A stretch of 29,128 nucleotides of DNA from a virus, in the IMG/VR virus record IMGVR_UViG_3300000116_000136. One strand, given 5' to 3'. The first letter of the stretch is position 1. The number at the start of each line of letters is the position of its first letter. The position numbers and the translations under genes were made by a program. Under the pieces are notes generated by a model. That model saw only the letters and a program-made list of their open reading frames with translations, was not told the DNA's origin and did not search any database. Below are positions 1-7,701 of the stretch, piece by piece.

Positions 1-401
1 GCTTTAATAGCTATACGCTCATTGTCAGCAGCTCTGTACATTTTTATTACGTCATTACCGCCTTTACCTAGTGGTGCATCGTTAGATAGCGTACCAGCTT
101 CGTCTGGGTCTAAGTGCATAATGATAGTAAAGGCATCTAAATTTAACTGTGTTTCTAAACCTAAAAATTGCCTTACACCATCGAAAGTTACTCTACCATT
201 TGTTGTACTCGTTGGCTGGTTTGCACTCGTAGGTTGTATCGCATCGTTACCGTTAGCAGACTGGTCAGCCCACGAAGTTACCGAATCGCCAGACTTTGTT
301 ACGCCTACGCCAGACCTTAGCCATACTTCTAAACCCTCAAAATCTAAAGGGCTAAACGCTTTTAGTCTATTGTTAAGTTTTAAAGAGTTGCCTAACTGCA
401 T
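1..401 (-). CDS. LamG-like protein, N-terminal part only (second copy of 27812..28212, cut by the window edge)
   Basis: Lies inside the terminal repeat. Same sequence as the 5' part of the intact gene 27508..28212, with ATG at 401. Confidence 0.6.
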   Translation of the reverse strand, partial: MQLGNSLKLNNRLKAFSPLDFEGLEVWLRSGVGVTKSGDSVTSWADQSANGNDAIQPTSANQPTSTTNGRVTFDGVRQFLGLETQLNLDAFTIIMHLDPDEAGTLSNDAPLGKGGNDVIKMYRAADNERIAIK

Positions 402-402
402 A

Positions 403-669
403 CTAGTTGTTATAACCTATTGCTAAACCGCTAGTTAAATCTATTGCAGTAAATGGTGCGAATATAACCGTACCAGCTGGTATAGTTTTTCCATCTAAAT
501 TACTGTCGTTAGTTGCACCAGTTATAGTACAATTTGTTATAACGCTATCGTTTACAAAATGTACCGCATAGAAGTCTTTAGAAGTCTGTGCAGCAGTTGT
601 AAATACCTCTACCGTTCCTTTTTTACCTAACTGCTCGTTAAGTAAGTCTACTGTGTTTTTTACTGCCAT
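403..669 (-). CDS. Hypothetical small beta-rich virion-module protein (88 aa)
   Basis: ATG start. A 4-nt gap follows the upstream gene's stop (674) and 1 nt separates its own stop from the downstream ATG (401). Non-repetitive composition. No family recognised. Confidence 0.7.
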   Translation of the reverse strand: MAVKNTVDLLNEQLGKKGTVEVFTTAAQTSKDFYAVHFVNDSVITNCTITGATNDSNLDGKTIPAGTVIFAPFTAIDLTSGLAIGYNN

Positions 670-673
670 TTTA

Positions 674-1105
674 TTATAGTTTTGGTAATTTGTTTACAAA
701 TTTTATAAAAGTATCTGCATCTTTTTGTAAATCGTCAGAAATTTTAATAGTGTTGTTATATAAAGAATAATCTAACAAATCGTTTGAATTTATATCTACA
801 CCTAATTCTTTAGCTAATTTACGTGCTTTATCTACTTTAGTTTCTACATCGCTTTCTGCTGCACGTAATTCTTTTGCATATTTTGACATATTTGCAATAT
901 CGCCTTTTAGTTCGTTTGTAGCTTTTTCTATTTCTCTTACTGGCACGTATGCGTTGTTTATAAAGTTATCAGCTTCTTTACGTAGCTTTACAAATTTGTC
1001 TAACGCTTTTTTTGCATCGTCAATTACTGCAAACTCTACCTTTTGTGATTTTAGCGTAATTCTATCTAATTCGCTTTTGACCTTATTTTCAAAATTTAAA
1101 TCCAT
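674..1105 (-). CDS. Coiled-coil protein, paralog family member P1 (143 aa)
   Basis: ATG joined to the upstream stop by a TAATG overlap. Has N-terminal KSQKVEFAVIDD and distal AKELGV motifs shared with ORFs 3797..4180, 24945..25295 and 25298..25648. Heptad-like, K/E-rich. Confidence 0.75.
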   Translation of the reverse strand: MDLNFENKVKSELDRITLKSQKVEFAVIDDAKKALDKFVKLRKEADNFINNAYVPVREIEKATNELKGDIANMSKYAKELRAAESDVETKVDKARKLAKELGVDINSNDLLDYSLYNNTIKISDDLQKDADTFIKFVNKLPKL

Positions 1106-1515
1106 TATAGTTTAATGTATGATGTGTTATTATTCGTTGTGTTTGTGTTGTCAGTTGGCGTGTATTGTGTGTAACTTACTTCTGTTACGTTATTATCTTT
1201 AACAAACGCCTTGCCTTTCTCTACTATGCTACTTGTTGCTAATCCAGTATCGTTAGTTAAACTATTGCTAGTTACCTCATATATCGTATAAGTCCAAAAA
1301 CCACCCTCTGTTAAAGTTATGTCTGTACCCTCTATTAATCTGATGTTAGTATAACGAGCGTAACCAGTAATAGCACCGTAACCGTATTTAGCTTTATTAG
1401 TCATATCGTTTACAAACTTACATAAATAATAAATAGTAGTGCCAGTAGCGTAAACTTTTTTCTCGTTTAGCGTAACTGGTAAATCGTTTGTAGTGCCTCT
1501 AACTATATGTAGCAT
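1105..1515 (-). CDS. Hypothetical virion-module protein (136 aa) with Thr/Asn-rich C-terminus
   Basis: ATG start. First ORF after the terminator at 1558..1585. No family recognised. Confidence 0.7.
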   Translation of the reverse strand: MLHIVRGTTNDLPVTLNEKKVYATGTTIYYLCKFVNDMTNKAKYGYGAITGYARYTNIRLIEGTDITLTEGGFWTYTIYEVTSNSLTNDTGLATSSIVEKGKAFVKDNNVTEVSYTQYTPTDNTNTTNNNTSYIKL

Positions 1516-1541
1516 ATTATAATATATAAATAACTAGGTTT
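1516..1541 (-). promoter_or_regulatory. Promoter-like motif AAACCT-N7-TATATA-T-TATAAT abutting the ATG of 1105..1515
   Basis: Minus strand reads AAACCT AGTTATT TATATA T TATAAT ATG. Nearly the same string precedes the ATG at 13554. Both copies lie just downstream of a hairpin. Confidence 0.35.
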
Positions 1542-1557
1542 TATTTAAGTTTAAAGC

Positions 1558-1585
1558 AAAAAAAAAGGGCAAAAGCCCTCTTTTT
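1558..1585 (-). terminator. Rho-independent terminator with bidirectional geometry
   Basis: Plus strand reads A9-GGGC-AAAA-GCCC-TC-T5. On the minus strand this gives stem GAGGGC/GCCCTT, a 4-nt loop and a U9 tract. Sits 18 nt after the stop of 1604..2155. Confidence 0.75.
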
Positions 1586-1603
1586 CTTAGTTTATGTTTA
1601 TTT

Positions 1604-2155
1604 TTATTCTGTTACCGTTACAGTAAAGTCTGAATTATCAAACGGTACAGTAGTATAAGCATTAACAAATAAGATAGGGTTACTTTCCATACCACTAAAT
1701 GTTAAGTCGTAACCATTCATATCGCCAAACGCTACGCCACTATTACCAGTTGCAGTAGTCATTTCCATACCGTTCTCGCTACCTAGACACCAGATTTGTC
1801 TTTTACCATTCGCATCTACTGCGTTAGTTTCTACAAAAATTAAAAGCCTATTTTGAGCAAGTAACTTAATTTCGTTTCTATCAGCTATTGTTAACTTGTG
1901 CAATTTAATGTTCACGCTAGGCTCGTAGAATACTGTACCGTTGTCTGCACTTGCAGTTACAGTTTCAGTCATACTACCAGTACCACGTACTAAATTATAC
2001 TTGTATAACGCTGCTGGGGATAAATCTAAATCAGTAATAGCACCGTTAGCAGTTGTTAATGTAGCATCAGCTAATTGACAAAAATAAACAGCACGAACAC
2101 CGCCTATAATATCTTTACAGTCTAAAGTTCTACCAGTTGTTAGTTCACACGCCAT
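1604..2155 (-). CDS. Putative major tail tube protein (183 aa)
   Basis: Lies directly downstream of the capsid gene and upstream of a strong terminator, consistent with high expression. The pattern C.D..GG...(V/I)Y ... D.NG ... LG..NG ... G..G....NGY.L.F.G.E resembles siphovirus tube proteins from memory. No search was run. Confidence 0.45.
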   Translation of the reverse strand: MACELTTGRTLDCKDIIGGVRAVYFCQLADATLTTANGAITDLDLSPAALYKYNLVRGTGSMTETVTASADNGTVFYEPSVNIKLHKLTIADRNEIKLLAQNRLLIFVETNAVDANGKRQIWCLGSENGMEMTTATGNSGVAFGDMNGYDLTFSGMESNPILFVNAYTTVPFDNSDFTVTVTE

Positions 2156-2222
2156 ATTATTTATGTTTTAAAAGTATTATGCAGAGGGCATTACACCCCC
2201 TACACTCATACTATGTTAATTA

Positions 2223-3134
2223 TTAGTCTAGTCTTACAATATCGCCACCTTGTGCGTGTTGTACACCAGCAGTATATTTAGCTACTACTCTCACGTTGTC
2301 AGAGCCATCTAATTGAGCCATATCTAACATTTTGATTTCTGCGTGGTCAGACAATAAGTCAGTACCAAAGAATAAGTTAGATTTTTGAGCTACTGCCATT
2401 TTGTTGTCTAGCATACCTTGACATACTGCAATTTTAACACCCTCAAATTCTGGTGTGTATTGCCCCATATGGTTGAAAGGAAACGCAGATAATGCAGAAA
2501 TAGCAGATACGTATAGTCTGTAAGATTTTGGGCTAACGTAAATGTATAAATCTTCTTTAGTGTAGACTGCACTAGGTACAGAAGCTAAAGCGTTTTGGAA
2601 GTTAGCAATAATGTTATCAGCAGTAAATGCAGTACCAGCACCACCCTCGTTGTCAGCTTCTTCAATAGCAGCATCGTTTTCGAATAAACCGTTACCAGCG
2701 TGCATAAATCCAGTAAAAGCACCAGAACCAGCAAGTCCAGCCCAGATGTTACTCTCTACGTGGTCTGCAATAGTACCAGATAGGTAAGACATAACAAATG
2801 CAGTAAAGTCGCCAGAGAAATCTCTGTTGTGTGCACCAGCACGCATTTGTGAAGCTTGCCAGTCAGCAAGTAAATCTTTTTTACATAAGTCTACATTAAT
2901 CTGAAATTCTTTTGGGTCTAAAATTCTTTCAGTTAGTGTTAATGTACCAGCGTCAGTAAAGTCGCAAGATGCATCTGCTACCAAAGAAGCACCAGCTACT
3001 TTAGTAATATTTCTTTTAGTTTTTACGTTTTCTAATACTGTTAGGTATTCTAAAGACGTAGCTGATTTTAATGCTGCTGCAATATATTGCCCAGCGTGTT
3101 CTCCAGCGTAGTTTGATGTAATATCAAATCCCAT
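2223..3134 (-). CDS. Major capsid protein (303 aa)
   Basis: Canonical protease - scaffold - capsid gene order. Size and composition are typical of HK97-fold capsid proteins. Assigned from context plus resemblance from memory. Confidence 0.7.
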   Translation of the reverse strand: MGFDITSNYAGEHAGQYIAAALKSATSLEYLTVLENVKTKRNITKVAGASLVADASCDFTDAGTLTLTERILDPKEFQINVDLCKKDLLADWQASQMRAGAHNRDFSGDFTAFVMSYLSGTIADHVESNIWAGLAGSGAFTGFMHAGNGLFENDAAIEEADNEGGAGTAFTADNIIANFQNALASVPSAVYTKEDLYIYVSPKSYRLYVSAISALSAFPFNHMGQYTPEFEGVKIAVCQGMLDNKMAVAQKSNLFFGTDLLSDHAEIKMLDMAQLDGSDNVRVVAKYTAGVQHAQGGDIVRLD

Positions 3135-3140
3135 AGTTAT

Positions 3141-3785
3141 TTATTTATTAAGGTTATATAGAAATCTATCTTGTGCAGATAATTTTTTGTACTCTGCACT
3201 AGACAATTCTACGTTATTTGTTTTGTTGTGGCTATTAAATTTATTAACTCTTAATGGCTCGCCACTTGGCTCATCAGATAAATCTTCTACTTGCTTAGAT
3301 AAGTTTACGTTTTCGTCTTGCAAGTCGTTAATGTTTTCGTCTTTTGCAAGGTTTTCGTTACGTACTTCGTCTAGTTCAGCTTTAATTCTGCTAATATCGT
3401 TTCTTACTTCTTCTAAAAGTTCTTTAACTACCGCACCTACTTCTTCTAATACAGTAGTTTCGTTTAGTTCTTCTTTAGAAGTTTCTACCTCTTCTACTTC
3501 TTCTTCTTCTGTTTCTTCTTCTTTAGCTTCGCCTACTTCTAAAACTACACCAGTTTCGTCTGTTGTAAATTCTGTACCATCTTCTAAAGCGTAAGTACCA
3601 GCTGGCATAGGTGTTTGCATACCATCTTCTGAAAGGATGTTTAATACAGTACCCTCTACTAGTTCGTCAGCTTCTGATACTATTATAGTGCCATCTGCTA
3701 ATTTATTTTCGTAAGCTAGTGTTACAGTTTCTTGTGCTTCGGTATCTAAACCTAGTGCTACTTTAATGCGTTCTTTAATATCCAT
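3141..3785 (-). CDS. Scaffolding protein candidate (214 aa)
   Basis: Very acidic central tract (EEETEEEEVEEVE) followed by a coiled-coil region. Immediately upstream of the capsid gene. Confidence 0.6.
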   Translation of the reverse strand: MDIKERIKVALGLDTEAQETVTLAYENKLADGTIIVSEADELVEGTVLNILSEDGMQTPMPAGTYALEDGTEFTTDETGVVLEVGEAKEEETEEEEVEEVETSKEELNETTVLEEVGAVVKELLEEVRNDISRIKAELDEVRNENLAKDENINDLQDENVNLSKQVEDLSDEPSGEPLRVNKFNSHNKTNNVELSSAEYKKLSAQDRFLYNLNK

Positions 3786-3796
3786 AGTTATTTTAT

Positions 3797-4180
3797 TTAT
3801 TTAGGCTCTTTATATAATTTAGGTAAATCTAAAACTAAACCATGTAACTTTCTTGACATATTATTAGCTTCTTTTAATCCTTTTATACTGTCAAAATCTC
3901 CACCTATATCTAATACAATTTGATTAATTTCGGCAACATCATTTTCTAGTTTCTTTCTAGTTTGCTCAATATCTTTTATAGCAGATTGAAAATCATTCCA
4001 TTCATTTTTATATTTAACAAATGCCTTATCTATTTTATCTTCTTGCTTTCTTAGTTTACCGTCTAATTTTTCTAAATCACTTAAAACTTTTGGTGCTTTT
4101 CTGGCTAGTTCTACTTTTTCTAACTCTACTTTTTCAGTAGTCTTAAACTTTGATAGTTCTGTATAAAAATTATTCTCCAT
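3797..4180 (-). CDS. Coiled-coil protein, paralog family member P2 (127 aa, most divergent)
   Basis: Has TEKVELEKVELA near the N-terminus, DIGGDF in place of the KELGV motif, and a C-terminal LPKL shared with P1. Confidence 0.7.
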   Translation of the reverse strand: MENNFYTELSKFKTTEKVELEKVELARKAPKVLSDLEKLDGKLRKQEDKIDKAFVKYKNEWNDFQSAIKDIEQTRKKLENDVAEINQIVLDIGGDFDSIKGLKEANNMSRKLHGLVLDLPKLYKEPK

Positions 4181-4210
4181 AGTGTAATATATAAAATATG
4201 TTTAAATGTT

Positions 4211-5077
4211 TTATTTTTTTAAAATTTTATTAGCTTCGTCCTCTTCTATAATCTCCATTAAAGACTTTACTATGTCGTGGTCGCTACAAGGCATATAAAA
4301 TATGTCGCCATCTATACTATGTTCGTGCGTACCCTCGCATCCTAAAGTTTTAGCGTATTCTAAGGCATCTTTTTCGTCTGTAAATAACGGTAAGCCATCT
4401 ACTTCGCCTACTGGCTCTGCGTATTTCTTTTTATCATCTTCGTCTACCTTTGCTAGTGTTTGCATTTTGTCGATAAAGTAGCCCTCTATACTTAATCCTT
4501 TTAGTTCGCCATCTTTAATTCTATTCCAAACATCGTCATTTAAAACTCTCATAGCTACGAACCACGTACCTTTTGGTAATTCATATCCATACAAGTTACT
4601 CTTATCGTTTTTGCTATCTTCTACTATCCAGCTTTCTACGGTGTGTACGCCAGTTACTTTTTCTTCGTGTTGTAACGTAGCGTTGTTAGTGTTTTGGTGC
4701 TTCATATAAGCCTCCGCAGCCTTACGTACAGTATCAGCAGTAAAGTACACGTAGTAATTACGGTCTTTGTTAGCATCGTATCGGTATATCTGTTTGTAAG
4801 GTATTAACGCTGGACTAATAAGTAGTCTTTGCTCTTCGTCTACTTTAGCTAGTGTTAAGTTATTCTCTTCTGCATTAAAGTAAACAAAGTCTGTCTCTAT
4901 TGCTGGACTTGTTACTAAACTAATTGCATCAATAGCTAAATCTTCGTTATCAGCATCTATAACTAATTCTACTATGTCGTAAGTCTGGTGTGCTTTTTCG
5001 CACTCTTCTAGCGTACTGTATTTACAGTCGCCACTACCATACTTAAATTTTCCGTCTTTACATTCTGTACAAGGCAT
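4211..5077 (-). CDS. XkdF-like prohead protease domain protein flanked by Cys/His-rich segments (288 aa)
   Basis: Core matches the XkdF (Peptidase_S78_2-like) pattern from memory: DAISLVTSPAIE..F, LISPALIP, YYVYFTADTV, ESWIVED, GTWF, GLSIEGYF. N-terminus has C-x2-C-x12-C-x8-C. C-terminus has GCEGTHEH-x9-MPCSDH. Confidence 0.6.
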   Translation of the reverse strand: MPCTECKDGKFKYGSGDCKYSTLEECEKAHQTYDIVELVIDADNEDLAIDAISLVTSPAIETDFVYFNAEENNLTLAKVDEEQRLLISPALIPYKQIYRYDANKDRNYYVYFTADTVRKAAEAYMKHQNTNNATLQHEEKVTGVHTVESWIVEDSKNDKSNLYGYELPKGTWFVAMRVLNDDVWNRIKDGELKGLSIEGYFIDKMQTLAKVDEDDKKKYAEPVGEVDGLPLFTDEKDALEYAKTLGCEGTHEHSIDGDIFYMPCSDHDIVKSLMEIIEEDEANKILKK

Positions 5078-5087
5078 ATATATAATT

Positions 5088-6794
5088 TTAAATTGTTGCT
5101 TTACGTCTTATTTTTGTTAATTTATCTTGTTCTCGGCTCATATCGTCAGCTACTACAAAGGCTTTAACTACGCCACCAGTTGTACCGCCTACACCCTCGC
5201 TACCAGCAAAAGCACGACCGCCACCAGCTTCGTTCATAGCACTAAGTAATGGTTTAAACATACTTGTACTACGTGCGTTAATTACGCTTTCGCCATTTGA
5301 TAGCCTAGCATTTACGCTATCGCTAGTACCAGTACCAGTACCGTTAATTAAACCACCTTGTGCGTATGATGGTGTAGGTGTGCTTGCTATTTTATTTATA
5401 TTAGCTATACCAGCTGCTACCGTAGTCGCTGCTAAAATCGGACCTAAAAGGGGACCAGCACCTACTGGTGGCGGTGCAAGTGCAGCAGCAGCACCCATAT
5501 ACGTATTAATTGTAGCTTGTAATATACCAGCCACTTTAGCTATTTCACTCTCTTCGCCAGCAGCAGACTTAATGTTGTCTAAACTATCGCTTATTATGTC
5601 AGCATCAGTTTGTGCTTGCCCTAGTTTGATGTTGGATATTGCATTTGCTTTTTGTTGCTCTAATGCTATTGTATCTTGCCCAGCTTTTTCAGCTAACCTA
5701 AATAACTCTGCGTAATGTTGCTCTACTTCTAATAGTTCACGCTCTCTATCGCTTACACCTTCTGCTGCTAATTCTTTTTTAACGTCTTGTAGTTCACGTT
5801 GTAACGATACTTCGTTTGTTAGTTGCTCACTTCTAAAACCAGTTATCTGTGCTTCGATAGCCATTAACTCATTTTGTGCTTCTGTAAGTGCTATAAGGTT
5901 TTCTTGGTTTTGCAGCTTATCAAATTCTACTTGTGCAGCCTTAACTTGTATCTGTTGTAAAGCTAACATCTGCGTAGCTTGTTCTTCTAAAACTCTGCCT
6001 AATTCTTCGTTAGCTTTTATACGGTCTGCAAATGTAGCGTTTTCGTCATCTCTTACTTGTCGTAGTAATTCAGCTTGTCTATCATATTTTTCAATTAAAC
6101 CTTGTATCTGCACCGCACTAAGTTCGGCTTGCTTGCCTAGTTCTACGTTTGCTGATGCACTTTTTACTGTTTCTTTAGTGTAATTTACTACTGCGGTTGT
6201 AACATTTGTAAATGTTTCTGCCACCTTATCTACTGTGCCATCTACGCCAGTAAATACGTCTACCATTTCTTTACCAGCTTCTTTAGCTAATGCACTCGCA
6301 GCTTGAAACTCGCCAGCAAATAGTAATTTAAACGCAGAACCTAATAAGCCAGTAACTTCTATTATGCTTAATATTCTTTCTTCTATATTTTTTACTAAGG
6401 CATCAGAAAATTTTTGAAAAGTTGCTATTGGGTTACCAAAAGTATCGTTGAAAAAAGATTGTACAGTACCAAAATTTTCTACTACAAAATTTACAAAATC
6501 GTTCGTAGCTATACTTAAAACTTCAAAAGCAGTATTGAAAAAATCTAAAGTTCTTTGGTTGTTGCCTACTACTTCTTGTAAAGCTGAAAACGCTTTAATG
6601 GCTAAACCTAAACCAGCAGCTTTTAATGCTAAACCTACACCTTTAATAGCAGCTAGAAAACCAGTCGTAGACTTTGCAGTCTGCGAAGATGCTACACCTA
6701 TACCTACTACTGCGGTTTTAACCTCTTCTAACTCTCTTTTAGCATCGCTAACATCAGTTACTAGCTTTAATATTACCTCTTCTTTTGTTGCCAT
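5088..6794 (-). CDS. Tape-measure-like protein, or internal/ejection protein (568 aa)
   Basis: N-terminal hydrophobic Gly/Ala segments, a long coiled-coil middle, a second hydrophobic Ala/Gly/Pro segment, then GGLINGTGTGTSDSVNARLSNGESVINA. That last motif is common near the C-terminus of tape-measure proteins. Confidence 0.5.
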   Translation of the reverse strand: MATKEEVILKLVTDVSDAKRELEEVKTAVVGIGVASSQTAKSTTGFLAAIKGVGLALKAAGLGLAIKAFSALQEVVGNNQRTLDFFNTAFEVLSIATNDFVNFVVENFGTVQSFFNDTFGNPIATFQKFSDALVKNIEERILSIIEVTGLLGSAFKLLFAGEFQAASALAKEAGKEMVDVFTGVDGTVDKVAETFTNVTTAVVNYTKETVKSASANVELGKQAELSAVQIQGLIEKYDRQAELLRQVRDDENATFADRIKANEELGRVLEEQATQMLALQQIQVKAAQVEFDKLQNQENLIALTEAQNELMAIEAQITGFRSEQLTNEVSLQRELQDVKKELAAEGVSDRERELLEVEQHYAELFRLAEKAGQDTIALEQQKANAISNIKLGQAQTDADIISDSLDNIKSAAGEESEIAKVAGILQATINTYMGAAAALAPPPVGAGPLLGPILAATTVAAGIANINKIASTPTPSYAQGGLINGTGTGTSDSVNARLSNGESVINARSTSMFKPLLSAMNEAGGGRAFAGSEGVGGTTGGVVKAFVVADDMSREQDKLTKIRRKATI

Positions 6795-6907
6795 TTGCCT
6801 ATTTTTTTGTGTTTGTATTTTGTAATTGATGGTAGCGTGTCTTTAAGTGCAGAAAAACCTAAACTTATTACATCGCCAGCTAACTTAAATTTTATTACTT
6901 TTTCCAT
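6773..6907 (-). CDS. Possible micro-ORF (44 aa, basic C-terminus), absent from the ORF track
   Basis: My translation: MEKVIKFKLAGDVISLGFSALKDTLPSITKYKHKKIGKWQQKKR. Its ATG overlaps the upstream stop as TAATG. It fills an otherwise empty 112-nt gap and overlaps the next gene by 22 nt. Confidence 0.35.
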   Translation of the reverse strand: MEKVIKFKLAGDVISLGFSALKDTLPSITKYKHKKIGKWQQKKR

Positions 6908-7701
6908 TATAGTTTTACTTTTACTTCTGTTACATTTAGTATTACATTCCAGTAAGCGGTGTCGCCAGAAGCACCCTCTACTTTAAGTTCTATATAATCG
7001 GATGCGGTGCTATTAATAGCTGCAAACTCTATGTCGTAATTTAAGTGGCTATCTCGTAACGCAGTACCCTTAACGTGTGAAACCTCTGTTAAAACACCAC
7101 CGCAAAACCTAAATGCTGCGTGTCCGTAATTAGACCACATTAAATTCTCTACTGGGTTTAAAGCGGTAGCAGTATATTCTATTAACATAGCACATTCGTA
7201 AAGACTACCAAAGGCAGCGTTTCTATCTAATGCTAACCGTTTTAAATTATACCCACCTAAAAATAATTCGGTAGCGGTTTCGTCTGTCGTTACGCCATCA
7301 TATTGATACGTACTGTACTTTGCACGTTCTGGCGTTTCGCTCATACTTATAGCAAACTCTTTTGCGTTGTGTGTATATGCGTTTTTACCTAACAGTACAC
7401 ACCCACCACCGTTACCACTTTTTGCAAGGTTGTGTGAACCTAAAATAATGTTATTACTGCTATACGCTCTGTTACCTCTACCTATTACAGTATTGTGTTT
7501 GCCTATAATAATATTGCTTTTGCCAAAGTTCTGGTTATCTTTATTAGTTTTATCTTTTGTATTTCTAAAACTGTAACAGTCTGTACCATTATGTTTATAG
7601 CCATAGCTTTCGCACTCTTGTTTTGTACCAGAACGCCCACCGCCTTTACCATCTTCGAATAATACTTTACTATCTTTATCTACGCTATGTATTTTTATCA
7701 T
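6907..7701 (-). CDS. Putative tail fibre / receptor-binding protein (264 aa)
   Basis: Degenerate short repeats (NIIIGKHNTVIGRGNRAYSSNNIILGSHNLA) recall YadA-head-like or fibre beta-helix repeats. Sits in the tail block with an ATGA overlap to the upstream gene. Confidence 0.4.
   Translation of the reverse strand: MIKIHSVDKDSKVLFEDGKGGGRSGTKQECESYGYKHNGTDCYSFRNTKDKTNKDNQNFGKSNIIIGKHNTVIGRGNRAYSSNNIILGSHNLAKSGNGGGCVLLGKNAYTHNAKEFAISMSETPERAKYSTYQYDGVTTDETATELFLGGYNLKRLALDRNAAFGSLYECAMLIEYTATALNPVENLMWSNYGHAAFRFCGGVLTEVSHVKGTALRDSHLNYDIEFAAINSTASDYIELKVEGASGDTAYWNVILNVTEVKVKL

Larger units (their letters stand above)
1..1317. repeat. Terminal direct repeat, copy 1 (identical to 27812..29128)
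   Basis: Sequence recurs at offset +27811. ORFs 403..669 and 674..1105 reappear with identical proteins at 28214..28480 and 28485..28916. Both repeat junctions were checked base by base. Confidence 0.95.

Noticed and set aside
1-1317. Reading the terminal repeat as a gene duplication, with two copies of the 88-aa, P1 and partial LamG/136-aa genes
   Set aside because: The copies are base-for-base identical over 1,317 bp and sit exactly at the two ends of the window. This is the signature of a circular or terminally redundant genome written linearly, not of paralogous duplication.
2183-2201. Stem-loop AGAGGG-cattaca-CCCCCT between the capsid and tube-like genes
   Set aside because: Only 6 bp, including a G-U pair on the minus-strand RNA, with no adjacent U tract. 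It could be a processing or attenuation site, but the evidence is too weak to call a terminator.
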